Shown: positions 1 to 9,698 of the stretch, in pieces
Layout: the number at the start of each line of letters is the position of its first letter
Numbering within the stretch: the stretch's first letter is position 1
NCBI GenBank assembly: GCA_043732305.1
Contig: JAYTHU010000212.1
Location: forward strand, 1 to 23,547
Length of the DNA stretch: 23,547 nt
Source of the DNA: Oligoflexia bacterium
GTDB taxonomy: Bacteria > Bdellovibrionota > Bdellovibrionia > JABDDW01
Direction: 5' to 3'
Notes under the pieces: model-generated
The model's database searches: none
The model's input: the letters and a program-made list of their open reading frames with translations, nothing else
Told to the model about the DNA's origin: nothing
Program-made: the position numbers and the translations under genes

Positions 1-227
1 TCAGATGCAAGTTTTAACTGAACCTTGGAACTCATTTTTCTTTTATCAAAAAATATTTCCCCGGACGTTGGATCTATAAGCCCGCAAATAAGTCTAAGCA
101 GCGTGGACTTTCCACTCCCACTCGAACCTAAAAGAACGTGGGTCTGCCCGCTTTTGAGACTGAGCGAGACATTATGGAGCACAGTTCGAGTCCCATACTT
201 TTTAGAAACCGAATTTATTGATATCAT
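1..227 (-). CDS. ABC transporter ATP-binding protein, 5' part (runs off the window edge)
   Basis: Manual minus-strand translation from ATG at 227: MISINSVSKKYGTRTVLHNVSLSLKSGQTHVLLGSSGSGKSTLLRLICGLIDPTSGEIFFD. It contains Walker A GSSGSGKST and a typical ABC N-terminus. Absent from the ORF track because it is open at the edge. Confidence 0.93.
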   Translation of the reverse strand, partial: MISINSVSKKYGTRTVLHNVSLSLKSGQTHVLLGSSGSGKSTLLRLICGLIDPTSGEIFFDKRKMSSKVQLKLAS

Positions 228-234
228 TAATCAA

Positions 235-263
235 ATTATATCGTTAGGCGAGACGCTTGGCAA
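235..263 (-). promoter_or_regulatory. Sigma70-type promoter for the ABC ATPase gene
   Basis: Minus strand TTGCCA-N17-TATAAT, followed 7 nt later by the ATG; no Shine-Dalgarno sequence. Confidence 0.7.
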
Positions 264-707
264 AGCATTCTCTTATATTTTGATTGATACAAATAGGTTG
301 CTTCAGAAGTATTATGCAATGCGTGCATGCGGTCCTTAACGGGTTCGACTTAGAAAAGATCTCAGATCTTTGCTCTTAGTCTTGGTAATAGCGCGTGAAT
401 TTCTCGACCATAGACTAGTTTTTTTTTTACGACAACGTCGCTAGGTGGAGTCATAAAAAAACAAGAACTCCCAAAATAATTTTACTGTTCATAGCCATCT
501 CCTGTGACTCAAGTTTTAAAATTCTGAAGATTTGCAAGTCATGTACCCAAAGCAAAGAGAGAGTAGGATTGAGATCGCAAGTTTAAAGAGGAGAAAACAG
601 ACTTTATGGCTTTGCAGAATGCAACGGCTAGGCGGGGGGAAAATCCTCTTAAATGTTCTAAAGTTCCGCGATGGGCAATTCAACCGCCATCCCTCGAATT
701 TGAAATG

Positions 708-723
708 TGGCGCGCCACTTGCT
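708..723 (+). promoter_or_regulatory. Sigma54 (-24/-12) promoter upstream of the lipoprotein gene
   Basis: TGGCGCGCCACTTGCT has exact GG-N10-GC spacing and is close to the TGGCAC-N5-TTGC consensus; about 70 nt before the ATG at 791. Confidence 0.7.
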
Positions 724-790
724 AATGCTATGACGTGAGTTCGAAAAAAAAGACAATTATCTATTCCAATATTCTCAAAGGAGATGTCAA

Positions 791-1447
791 ATGAAGTTAA
801 TGTCTGCCACCTCATTGTCCCTCACTGCCCTACTCGCCCTTTCCGCCTGCGGAGATTCAAACAAAGCTACCGATACTGCTCAGGCAGTTAAAAATGTAGC
901 GAATGCTCAAGGTAAAGTTGTGATCGAAAAAGCCAACTACATTTCAGGTTGCGGGATTTCATCGGCTCCAAACATTGGGGCTATTAAATTTCCAGGAATG
1001 CAGACCGAATATGATTTTGCAAATCCCGGATTCACCAAAAAAGTTTTCTATTTTAGCGATGCTGAATGCAAAACCGTGTCTTACGTTGTGGAAGAAACTG
1101 GAAAATTTGATGTGCTTGGCGATGCAAAAGTCACCCAAGCCAGTAATATTAATTTCAATTTCGAGACAACTAAAATCAAAGTCAGTGACCCTCTTGTGTT
1201 GGCTGCTTTTAATTTAGTCAAAGCTTGCGGGATAGGTGATTGGACTGCAGATGCGGATCGTGATGTGAGTACTCAAGCAGACGCCGGCTTATGCCCCGGT
1301 AAAGCTGCACCGCGAACCGCTTCTGACATTGTAAAATCTCAAGACGGTGTTTTATCCATGGGAGCGAACTCAAATCAAGACTCCGCAAAAGGATTTCCCG
1401 AACAATTTGATAATAATATCGCATTTGCAAAAATTCCTAATCATTAA
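791..1447 (+). CDS. Lipoprotein of unknown function
   Basis: AAGGAG RBS; hydrophobic leader ending in lipobox LSA-C; additional Cys residues; beta-rich mature region. Confidence 0.85.
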   Translation: MKLMSATSLSLTALLALSACGDSNKATDTAQAVKNVANAQGKVVIEKANYISGCGISSAPNIGAIKFPGMQTEYDFANPGFTKKVFYFSDAECKTVSYVVEETGKFDVLGDAKVTQASNINFNFETTKIKVSDPLVLAAFNLVKACGIGDWTADADRDVSTQADAGLCPGKAAPRTASDIVKSQDGVLSMGANSNQDSAKGFPEQFDNNIAFAKIPNH

Positions 1448-1466
1448 GGTTCTTTCGATAACATCT

Positions 1467-1494
1467 GCGACCCTCCATCGAGTGTCGCTTTTTT
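1467..1494 (+). terminator. Rho-independent terminator
   Basis: GCGAC-C-CTC / GAG-T-GTCGC stem followed by a T6 tract, 20 nt after the lipoprotein stop. Confidence 0.7.
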
Positions 1495-1755
1495 ATCAAG
1501 ATTGAATGGATTTGATCGTCCAGGCATAAACGTTTATGGTGCCGAGAAATTTAGAGACGTTGATATCACTTTGAACATCGAACCTCACTAGTTAAAAAAA
1601 AAGTTCAGCCGTTTTCCACTAACAAAAAGCTTGAAAAAAAAATGGGTTGAGAACTTATTATATTCAAAGGAGTTGCGATTTCTCATGATGGCACGCTCCA
1701 ACGGGAACTATTTAACCCTCGCACTATTTCAGATCAACCAAGCTTGAAATACACA

Positions 1756-1771
1756 TGGTTAGAAATTTGCA
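1756..1771 (+). promoter_or_regulatory. Possible sigma54 promoter
   Basis: TGGTTAGAAATTTGCA has GG-N10-GC spacing with a TTGC -12 box, 40 nt upstream of the ATG at 1812; the -24 box is weaker than consensus. Confidence 0.45.
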
Positions 1772-1811
1772 ATCGGGATTGATGAATTTAACTTACAACT
1801 AAGGAGTACGT

Positions 1812-2102
1812 ATGGACCAAAATTCTATATCAAATCATGAGGACAATTCTTCGTCTGCACCTGAACACAAGGAAGGCGAAGTGACCAAGGAGATCGAAAA
1901 TCAAACAGCCAAACTGCCTTCCGGATTATTTTTAGCACTCGCTATTGGATCCATGGGAGTTTCGGCTGCACTCGCAGTGACATCCAAAGACAAAGGCATG
2001 GCAAACTTTGTCGGACATTGGGCACCTTGTTTTTTAATGCTTGGAATCTACAACAAGATTGTTAAAACAGAAGGTTCAGACAGCACCAGCCCTGCGTACT
2101 AA
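1812..2102 (+). CDS. Small conserved membrane protein (2 TM), function unknown
   Basis: AAGGAG RBS. The pattern HxEG-(x)-IE-QTAKLPS...FVGxWAP..L.LG.YNK.VK..GSD resembles a widespread small hypothetical protein family. Confidence 0.85.
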   Translation: MDQNSISNHEDNSSSAPEHKEGEVTKEIENQTAKLPSGLFLALAIGSMGVSAALAVTSKDKGMANFVGHWAPCFLMLGIYNKIVKTEGSDSTSPAY

Positions 2103-2374
2103 CACCATTAATCATTTGAGATAACTCTCGCGAAGTCACGGAGTTTTAATTTGGAATTTTTGATTCGAGGCCGCCCCTGTCCAATTAAAAGATGCCGAGA
2201 CCGCGAGAGTACCGTCAAATATCGCAAATTTTTTATGCTAGATTTTACGTAAAAAATCAGCTCGGGATGTTGAAATTCGAAATCTACCAAAAGCATTCCG
2301 CAATATGGCGGCAATTCAATTCTTAATACCAGGAAAGCCTTCCCAGACCTCAAATACTGAGGCAAAGTACTACC

Positions 2375-2911
2375 ATGTGGATATCAAGTGCATGGGACGT
2401 TTTGGCGCTATTTCTAATTCCAATTGGCGGAGGCATTCCTGCGGGAGTGATTCTGGCAAAACATCATGGTTTTCATTGGCCAGCAACAGTGGTGCTTTAT
2501 TTAATCTCAGATGTTGCTCTCGCTCTCGTGTTCGAACCCGTTGTGGTTTTGGTTAAAAAACTAGCATTGCGGCACGCTAAACTCGCACTAGCCATCAGAG
2601 CCATTAAAGCCGCGACTGAAAAAATAATTTCTAAATACGGAGTCAATCCTAACCCACTCACACTGATCATGATTTCATTTGTGGTGGACCCGATGACTGG
2701 TCGCACTGCCGCCTTGACTGCCGGCCACGGCTTTATCACCGGATGGACATTTGCAATCTTAGGCGACATGATTTTTTTTACGATCCTGATGGTTTCAACA
2801 CTTTGTCTGAACAATATTTTAGGCGATGGCACGTGGACAACGGTTATTATAACAGTTGCTGTGATGGGAATTCATTTCGCGGTAAAGCGATTTCGCGAGA
2901 AACGTGCCTAA
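2375..2911 (+). CDS. Integral membrane protein, small multidrug export (COG2426)-like
   Basis: 178 aa with 4-5 hydrophobic segments; an IPIGGGIPAG motif near the N-terminus and a DPMTG motif. Confidence 0.6.
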   Translation: MWISSAWDVLALFLIPIGGGIPAGVILAKHHGFHWPATVVLYLISDVALALVFEPVVVLVKKLALRHAKLALAIRAIKAATEKIISKYGVNPNPLTLIMISFVVDPMTGRTAALTAGHGFITGWTFAILGDMIFFTILMVSTLCLNNILGDGTWTTVIITVAVMGIHFAVKRFREKRA

Positions 2912-2941
2912 AATTTGAAAATAATTTAGCAGACTTAGTAT

Positions 2942-4351
2942 TTAGATTAGTCTGGAAAAGCCATGTGCTGGTGCACCAACCACCTTTTCCAATAAGAATG
3001 AAAAAGTTGATCCGACTCCCTCTTCACTTTCGACCAACAAATCCGTGTGATGAGCTTCTGCGATACCTTTAGTGATTGCAAGTCCGAGGCCTACTCCGAA
3101 ACGTCCATGTCGATCCGCTTGCCAAAATCGATCAAAGAGATAAGGAATTTGCGCACTCGAAATTCCTGAGCCGGTGTCTCTCACCGAAAAATGAATTTGA
3201 CCGTCCGCTTCTTCTCTCACGGCTAAGAATATAGCCCCGCCTTCCAGCGTAAACTTCATCGCGTTGCCCAACAAATTTGATAATACCTGCGTGATACGCT
3301 TGGAGTCACAGCGTACATAACTTGAATTTGCCTCATTCGATATTTCAAAACGAATGAGTTTCTCTTGGATCAACGGAGTAAACATATCGTTCACACCATT
3401 CAATAATGTCTCAATGCTGGTATCGGCGATGTTTACAACCATATGTCCGGATTCGAGTTGAGCCAACTCCAACAGATCTTCAATAAGATCCGTCATATGA
3501 TTTGCGGAGTTTCGAATGAGCGTGATGGCTTTTATATATTTTGAATCCAATTCATTTTTAGAGAATTGAAGAGTTAAACCTTCCGCCCCTAAAAGGATGG
3601 CGGATAGGGGATTTTTTAGATCGTGAGAGACTACATTTAAAACCATATCCCTTTTGGAAATAGCTTTAAGACTATCTTCCAAAAGTTTATTGACCTGAGA
3701 GACCAAACGAAAAATAAAAAAAGCAATGAGAGAAAATATGATCAAAGCTGCGGAAGTGATTCCATTCACAAGCAATCTGATTCTTTTTTCCATGAGCGCA
3801 GAATCTTTTTTAACCAAATCCAGATGATTGCTCTCAAGCTCAACCAACGAATCTATGCTAGCGGTAAACTTTTTTCTAGCAGGAGCGCCTCGCTTTAAAA
3901 AAAGCTCATGGAGCTTAGAGTAAGGCTCACGATTTTGATATATCTGAATGGCTTGATCAATAATCAGTTGATGCTCTGCCTCCGCACTGATTAATTTTTT
4001 AAAAAGACCATCTCTCATCGATTTTACGGAATCTGAACTCGGAAATTTCTCGGATTGCATCGAATTTAATGTTTCGAAAAAGAGAGTTCTAGCCTCTTTT
4101 ATTTGTGGGAGTGATTTTGATTTAATTCCATATAAAAGATAAGCACGACTGTTTGAAATCTTTAATTCGGCGAGAAATCTTAATTTTTCCGCCTGAACTA
4201 ATAACTTAGCGTGGATATCGATGACAACCTGATCGGTTTCATAGGCATCTCGCAACGATGAAATGAGAAACCATCCGGAAAATACCGCGACGGCCAGAAT
4301 TGTGCCTAAAGCTAAAATGATCTTTAAATTGATATGCCTCGCAGAACTCAT
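2942..4351 (-). CDS. Membrane sensor histidine kinase (periplasmic helical CHASE3-like sensor, HisKA, HATPase)
   Basis: Two TM segments; H-box VSHDLKNPL, N-box NLLGNAMKFT, G1 DTGSGI, F-box LFDRF, G2 GVGLGL. Start moved to ATG 4351 behind AAGGAG. Confidence 0.93.
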   Translation of the reverse strand: MSSARHINLKIILALGTILAVAVFSGWFLISSLRDAYETDQVVIDIHAKLLVQAEKLRFLAELKISNSRAYLLYGIKSKSLPQIKEARTLFFETLNSMQSEKFPSSDSVKSMRDGLFKKLISAEAEHQLIIDQAIQIYQNREPYSKLHELFLKRGAPARKKFTASIDSLVELESNHLDLVKKDSALMEKRIRLLVNGITSAALIIFSLIAFFIFRLVSQVNKLLEDSLKAISKRDMVLNVVSHDLKNPLSAILLGAEGLTLQFSKNELDSKYIKAITLIRNSANHMTDLIEDLLELAQLESGHMVVNIADTSIETLLNGVNDMFTPLIQEKLIRFEISNEANSSYVRCDSKRITQVLSNLLGNAMKFTLEGGAIFLAVREEADGQIHFSVRDTGSGISSAQIPYLFDRFWQADRHGRFGVGLGLAITKGIAEAHHTDLLVESEEGVGSTFSFLLEKVVGAPAHGFSRLI

Positions 4352-4486
4352 TATCCCCCACTCCTTAACGGCTAGGACTAGCACGAACAGGGAAGGTAAG
4401 AAACAAATGTTATTTTAAAACTAAAAATAATCATTACTTTGTATAACGTATCTTTTTTTAGATTTCTAACGATCGATTAAATGTGG

Positions 4487-5245
4487 TCAGTGTGTTTGCT
4501 TAGCAGGTTTTTGGGGAAAAATTAAAATGCATAGTAGGATAAAAATGAGCAAGACAGATGAGGCAGTGTATCGACTGAGAGCAAGCCCCCCAGCAGCACG
4601 TGGTTTATCGAGGAAATCACCAACAACAGCTCCTAAAGGTCTAGTCAGAACAAACGCGCACCAAAACAAAACCGTACGTGAAGCTCTAGTGAAAAGATAA
4701 AGTCCCCCTGTAACCGCAAGCAACGACCCAAATAAAATGGAGGCGCCAACATATCCCATGCCGGCAGAATCAGAAGTCCAATCACCAAGAGCCGTTCCTA
4801 AAGTCTGAGAAAGCATGATTGTCACCCAATAAAACACTTCAGCTTTTGAATTATTCACAGATGCAACAGAGATTGTTCCAAGAGTGCGATGCCATATGAA
4901 AAGTGATGCAACCAAAAGAAATACCAATATTGCAGATCCCCCAGCGTAGCCAATTCCAAGTGAGCGATCGAAAAAATCAGCAAGTGTTGTGCCAACGGTT
5001 GTTGTGGCAATGATCGTGCCCCAGTAAACGGCGGGATGAAACTTTTTAGTTTTAATTTGAGCCGTGACCGCGATAAAAAAAATTGCAGCAAAGATTCCGG
5101 TTCCAATCAAATAACTCAATTTCATGGACATTGAAACGGCATCGCCTGCAGTTTCCCCAAGAGTAGTTGCACCAATCTTGATCATCCAAAAAAGAAACGT
5201 GATCTCCGGGACTTTGCTAAAAGTTTCACTGCGCGCGTTTGTCAT
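4487..5245 (-). CDS. COG4705 family membrane protein (DUF347 repeats)
   Basis: Characteristic SKVPEIT..FW.IKI.ATTLGET.GD start, with repeated YW...T.GT..D and FW.AF.LTRPLGA..GD motifs. Confidence 0.9.
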   Translation of the reverse strand: MTNARSETFSKVPEITFLFWMIKIGATTLGETAGDAVSMSMKLSYLIGTGIFAAIFFIAVTAQIKTKKFHPAVYWGTIIATTTVGTTLADFFDRSLGIGYAGGSAILVFLLVASLFIWHRTLGTISVASVNNSKAEVFYWVTIMLSQTLGTALGDWTSDSAGMGYVGASILFGSLLAVTGGLYLFTRASRTVLFWCAFVLTRPLGAVVGDFLDKPRAAGGLALSRYTASSVLLIFILLCILIFPQKPAKQTH

Positions 5246-5328
5246 AGGTTATCTTCCTGCTGTTTCAACCAATGGGAGCTTCAACCGTGGCACGATCAAT
5301 GCGAGGATTAAAACTTGATATCTGTTTT

Positions 5329-5994
5329 CTATTTGTAAAACCGTCTAAGTATAAGGAGAATAGCAGAAAACGAGAAAAGAATAGCAATTGGAGGCAGAGT
5401 TCCGTACCACATAGCCCAGCACCATGGCCCCGCCATAACTCTAAACCCAACGGAATACACGCCGACTGCGCCGATGAGTGCAATAGAAATCTTTTTAGCA
5501 TTGGCAGGAATGGGGACGGCGCCTCTATTCAAAGCACAACCTAATGACGCAGCTAATCTCTCCGCTACCTCTAGAATTTCCGACTGATCCATAGACCATC
5601 TCCGAGTTTGAATCTCTTTACCGTTTTTCAGACGAATCCATAAATTGTAGGAAATGTAACCCTTCGAACTGCCTTGTCGAGAGACGCCAACACAATCTAC
5701 CTCCGAAAAGGCGACATTTAAAGTATCTGTGCCGAGCGGCAATCTCATCAAAACCATCAGTCGTTTATGATTTAAATCCAATTTGACGGTCACTTTCTCG
5801 GCAAATATAAAAGCAACAACACCACCACCGAAAAGTAAAATCCCAAGCCAGAATCCGGCAAGTGCATTTGTTGAACCCTGACTTTGGTTTTTTACAAGCC
5901 ACATGGCGAGAAGTCCAACAGCAATGCTGATGAAGGCAATTAAAAGGTCTTTGCTTTTGTTTGACTCAATAGTCCAAGTGCTCTCGCTGATCAT
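5329..5994 (-). CDS. Membrane protein of unknown function (2 TM, soluble beta domain, 2 TM)
   Basis: Long ORF with four hydrophobic segments; GGAGG RBS precedes ATG 5994. Confidence 0.75.
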   Translation of the reverse strand: MISESTWTIESNKSKDLLIAFISIAVGLLAMWLVKNQSQGSTNALAGFWLGILLFGGGVVAFIFAEKVTVKLDLNHKRLMVLMRLPLGTDTLNVAFSEVDCVGVSRQGSSKGYISYNLWIRLKNGKEIQTRRWSMDQSEILEVAERLAASLGCALNRGAVPIPANAKKISIALIGAVGVYSVGFRVMAGPWCWAMWYGTLPPIAILFSFSAILLILRRFYK

Positions 5995-6190
5995 CCAAGC
6001 CTCCAATGGAGTTAGTTCGTTTTCATCCCATTATTAATTATGTACGACATGCCGTCCAAGCCATTCAGTAAGTGTGGCACAGCGCAAATGGGCGAACAAA
6101 TTAAAAACAAAATTAACGGTAAAAAACCTCATGCCCTGGATAAAGAAATTTGAAAACATCACTTTAATTGCATTCCCTACAAAGCCTCTT

Positions 6191-6487
6191 TCACTGTTTT
6201 TCGTTCCTGATTATCGATGAAACGTCCAGCTTGTAAACTCCATTTGTTTTTCCTGATTCCGTCGAGGTCTAAAGAACTAGAGTTTGATTTCCTTGCAGGA
6301 AAGAAACTGCGTAAATGCGTTGATTCAATTTCTTTTCGTACATCTTTCCAGAACTTACATCAACAACTCTTAACATTTTATCTGGTTCTGCTGATCCAGT
6401 GGCAAGCCATTTCCCATCTTCGCTAAGTGCAATGGCCAGGGTAAAAACTAACACTACGGCGGAAATTCGCCACAAACGAGCTATCAA
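6191..6487 (-). pseudogene. Remnant of a WD40/beta-propeller protein C-terminus
   Basis: ALSEDGKWLATGS..DKMLRVVDVSSG is a typical WD40-like blade. The frame continues past TAG at 6269-6271 as TSTESGKTNGVYKLDVSSIIRNEKQ to TGA at 6191. Confidence 0.55.
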
Positions 6488-6624
6488 AGGAACCGAGGGG
6501 GTGTACCAGATCTAGGTCAAGTTTTGGTCTAGGTGACATTTTCCCTGCGTAATTAAAAAGCGACAAAATCGCTGCGGAATAACACCAATTTTAGTTTCAA
6601 TCAGAAAAAGACGATAAATTAACT

Positions 6625-7836
6625 ATGAAATCAATATTTAAAAAAATCACAATTCCTTTAGTTAAGTTTGTTGCCTGGCCACAACGAAAGTCTGAGAAGG
6701 CCCTTGAGTTAATAAATATCAATGAAAAATTCATCATTGAATCGGCGACAGAAGGAATGTGTGTTGTTGATAATAGGGGCAATTTAATTCTCGTTAATTC
6801 TAGCGCTGCTAAATTAATTGGTTGGGAAGTCGAACAACTTTTGGGAAAACCTCACCATGATGTGTTTCACCACTCTAGGATAGATCAAACACCCTATCCA
6901 TATGAAGAGAGCCTCATTTTTAAAGCCCTTAAAGACGGTACAATCCAACATTGCGGCAATGAATTTTTTTGGAGAAAAGACAAAACGAACTTTCCTGTAT
7001 ATTACTCAATTACACCGCTCATCGAACGGGAAAAAATTTCGGGTGCTCTAATTGTTTTTAGAGATATTACTGAACATATGAAGGACACAAAAAGGATTTT
7101 AGAACAACAGAATTTGCTCATTCAATCTTCAAAAATGTCAGCTTTGGGAGAAATGGCAGGGGGGATTGCCCACGAAATCAATAACCCTTTAGCAATCATT
7201 AATTCCTACGCGGATATGTTAAGAGACTCTTTAATTGAAGAAAAAATTGATGTCCCTGAAGCCTTGAGAAGGGTCGAAAAAATTTTAATGACAACTAAGC
7301 GCATTGCAAAGATTATTAAATCAATGAAGTTGTTTGCCCGCGACAGTGAAAATGACCCCTTTGAAAAAACAACATTGAAACAAATAGTCGAAGTCACACT
7401 TGATCTATGTCGAGAAAAATTCAAGGTTCGCGGAATCGAATTGATAGTAGACGAAATCTCCATTGAAATTTGCTTAGAGTGTCGTGCATTTCAAATTTCG
7501 CAAATCGTACTTAACCTTTTGAACAACGCGTGTGATGCGATTGAAAATGCACCTCAAAAATGGATTAAAGTCAGTGCGAAGGAAAATGCAGGCCAAGTAG
7601 AAATTGTTGTGGAAGATAGCGGACCGGAGATCCCCTTGGCAGTAAGAAATAAAATTCTTGAACCTTTTTTTACGACTAAAGAAATTGACAAAGGAACCGG
7701 ACTTGGCTTGAGTATTTCAAAAGGACTTGCGGAAATTCACCACGGCAAATTGTACTTAGACCAAGACCCCTCACATACTCGCTTCGTTATTAGTCTACCT
7801 GTATGTCAACCCCCTAATCACAGGCAAGCGGCATGA
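6625..7836 (+). CDS. Cytoplasmic PAS-domain sensor histidine kinase (NtrB-like)
   Basis: PAS/PAC (VNSSAAKLIGW...VFRDITE), H-box AGGIAHEINNPL, N-box NLLNNACDA, DSGPEI, PFFTTK, GTGLGL. Confidence 0.95.
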   Translation: MKSIFKKITIPLVKFVAWPQRKSEKALELININEKFIIESATEGMCVVDNRGNLILVNSSAAKLIGWEVEQLLGKPHHDVFHHSRIDQTPYPYEESLIFKALKDGTIQHCGNEFFWRKDKTNFPVYYSITPLIEREKISGALIVFRDITEHMKDTKRILEQQNLLIQSSKMSALGEMAGGIAHEINNPLAIINSYADMLRDSLIEEKIDVPEALRRVEKILMTTKRIAKIIKSMKLFARDSENDPFEKTTLKQIVEVTLDLCREKFKVRGIELIVDEISIEICLECRAFQISQIVLNLLNNACDAIENAPQKWIKVSAKENAGQVEIVVEDSGPEIPLAVRNKILEPFFTTKEIDKGTGLGLSISKGLAEIHHGKLYLDQDPSHTRFVISLPVCQPPNHRQAA

Positions 7837-7863
7837 TCTGCCAGAGAGAAAACTGAGAAAGAA

Positions 7864-8601
7864 ATGGGCAATTTCAATATTCTTCTAGTTGACGACGAGC
7901 CAGATATTTTGGATATCTTAAAATATATATTTTTAAAAAAGGGATACAATATCTTTACCGCATCTAATGGCAAAGAGGCTTATGAGATTGTAAAGCGAGA
8001 ACAAATCGATGCTGTTATATCTGACATCAGGATGCCCGGAGGAGATGGTATTGAACTCTTGAGCAATATTAAAAAACATAACGAGCGCCTACCAGTGGTT
8101 CTTTTTATATCAGGCCATACGGATATGTCCCTAGAAGATGCCTATGATAAAGGCGCTGAAGCTATTTTTTCCAAACCTTTTGACAAAGAAGTTCTTGAGA
8201 AAGCTGTAGAAAAAGTTCTCGAAACAATGAGTGGACCAACGCAAAATAAGCGTCACCTGCGACAGGATGTAGGACTTGAAATTGAAGTTAAGTTTCCAAA
8301 TTTTGAACGTCTTTTGTCAAGCACCATGCAAAACCTGGGGCGTGGGGGATTTTTTGTTACTTTAGAGGATAAATTTCCAAGAATGGAAGACAAAGTTCAA
8401 TTTAAGTTTCATTACGATAATAATGGAGCCAAAGTTACAATTGAAGACACGGCTATTGTTAGATGGGTTCGTGCTCAAAAAGAAGGAGATCTTCTCCCTG
8501 GTTGTGGCGTGGAATTTCTTTTTTCTAATAAGAACGAAAGAGAAAAGTTATTGGAACTTGTCAACTTTCTCACGACTAATCATTTTATTCCCAAGTCTTA
8601 A
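7864..8601 (+). CDS. Response regulator with C-terminal PilZ domain
   Basis: Receiver motifs LLVDDE, SDIRMP (phospho-Asp) and KPF; C-terminal KRHLR...NLGRGG...VRWVR...GCGVEF PilZ pattern; 27 nt downstream of the kinase. Confidence 0.9.
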   Translation: MGNFNILLVDDEPDILDILKYIFLKKGYNIFTASNGKEAYEIVKREQIDAVISDIRMPGGDGIELLSNIKKHNERLPVVLFISGHTDMSLEDAYDKGAEAIFSKPFDKEVLEKAVEKVLETMSGPTQNKRHLRQDVGLEIEVKFPNFERLLSSTMQNLGRGGFFVTLEDKFPRMEDKVQFKFHYDNNGAKVTIEDTAIVRWVRAQKEGDLLPGCGVEFLFSNKNEREKLLELVNFLTTNHFIPKS

Positions 8602-8649
8602 TTCTGCATCCACATAATTTACGTCTTTCAGCTAGACGAACCTGTTTCT

Positions 8650-8756
8650 GTGGACTATCGATCGATTCAGTTACTCTCTTTTTCTTTCATCAATGTGATT
8701 AGAAAAAGCAAAATGCAAAAAAGAGAAGTGTTATGAGACTCATCCGATTTTATTTA
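8650..8756. repeat. Copy 1 of a ~107-bp direct repeat (other copy at 23268-23374); probable degenerate island end
   Basis: Manual alignment gives about 11 differences over 108 columns (~90% identity). It begins with GTGGAC, as do the arm-type repeats near the integrase. Confidence 0.9.
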
Positions 8757-9110
8757 GTGTATGGGAGAGCTAAATAAATACGGTGTCACAGAAAAGCCAA
8801 TTTTTTTCCCAATAGCAAATTTCCAAGTTTTGATGACCTGGAAATTTAGAGTAAATTCGTCTCAGCCCTTTTTTTGATAGCAGACAACGAGGGACCGATT
8901 TTTCGATCTCTTATTTCTTTTTTTGCTTTTGACATGAACCTCTAAATTTTGTAACTTTTTTCCTTGTCGTAGAGGAACTCGATTTAGTATGGAAACGTCT
9001 CCGTGCATGGATGAAGCAGCCAACGTAAAGTTGTTTCATTTTCGCTATATTTTTCACCTTTTCAAGAAAACTCATGGTAGTCAAAAGCAAATTTATTAGG
9101 AGAAGAGTAT

Positions 9111-9698
9111 ATGAATAAGTTCATTTCAGTAACAATTGCCTCTTTCATTTCATTAACAAGCAACGCAAGCCCGAATTCTAATCGTTTTGATGGTCAGTAT
9201 AAGTTTGTAAAGGCGTTGGGTTCGAGTAGCTGGTATTCACCTGTCAACTGCTCTGAACCAGTTGCTCTCGGTCTCAATACAATTGATGCTAGAAATACAA
9301 CTTGTCAGTTCAAAGAAATGAACCTTGCTCCAGAAGATGAATGTAACCAGACCCTTTCAATTACTGGATCTCAAGGCACAGTTATCTATTCAAGCGGACA
9401 ACTTAGCGACTCTAATTTTGAAAGTTCAAACTCGGACGGATTAAACTTCTTTGTTCGACAGTTTTTAAAACATGTAACTACTGCTTTATATGACGAAAAT
9501 ATTTATGTCAGTCAGTTAAATTTCATTTCAAATTCACGACAGGTGGGTTTCAGTAAAAAAACTATATCCTTTGATAATTCCACGGAATACTTAGTGATGG
9601 GGTATACGGAGAAAAAATATTGGGCGAGTGGCAAATCGCAACCAGATTTAATGAAAGAGTCTGACGTAAAATGCTTTTATACTCGAGAGACGCCTTAA
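9111..9698 (+). CDS. Exported hypothetical protein
   Basis: AGGAG RBS; signal peptide MNKFISVTIASFISLTSNA; four Cys residues. Confidence 0.8.
   Translation: MNKFISVTIASFISLTSNASPNSNRFDGQYKFVKALGSSSWYSPVNCSEPVALGLNTIDARNTTCQFKEMNLAPEDECNQTLSITGSQGTVIYSSGQLSDSNFESSNSDGLNFFVRQFLKHVTTALYDENIYVSQLNFISNSRQVGFSKKTISFDNSTEYLVMGYTEKKYWASGKSQPDLMKESDVKCFYTRETP

Noticed and set aside
25..339. 104-aa plus-strand ORF
   Set aside because: Antisense shadow of the ABC ATPase on the minus strand.
8628..8642. 15-bp exact match TCAGCTAGACGAACC also at 14638-14652
   Set aside because: One match of this length is plausible by chance in 23.5 kb, and the similarity does not extend.
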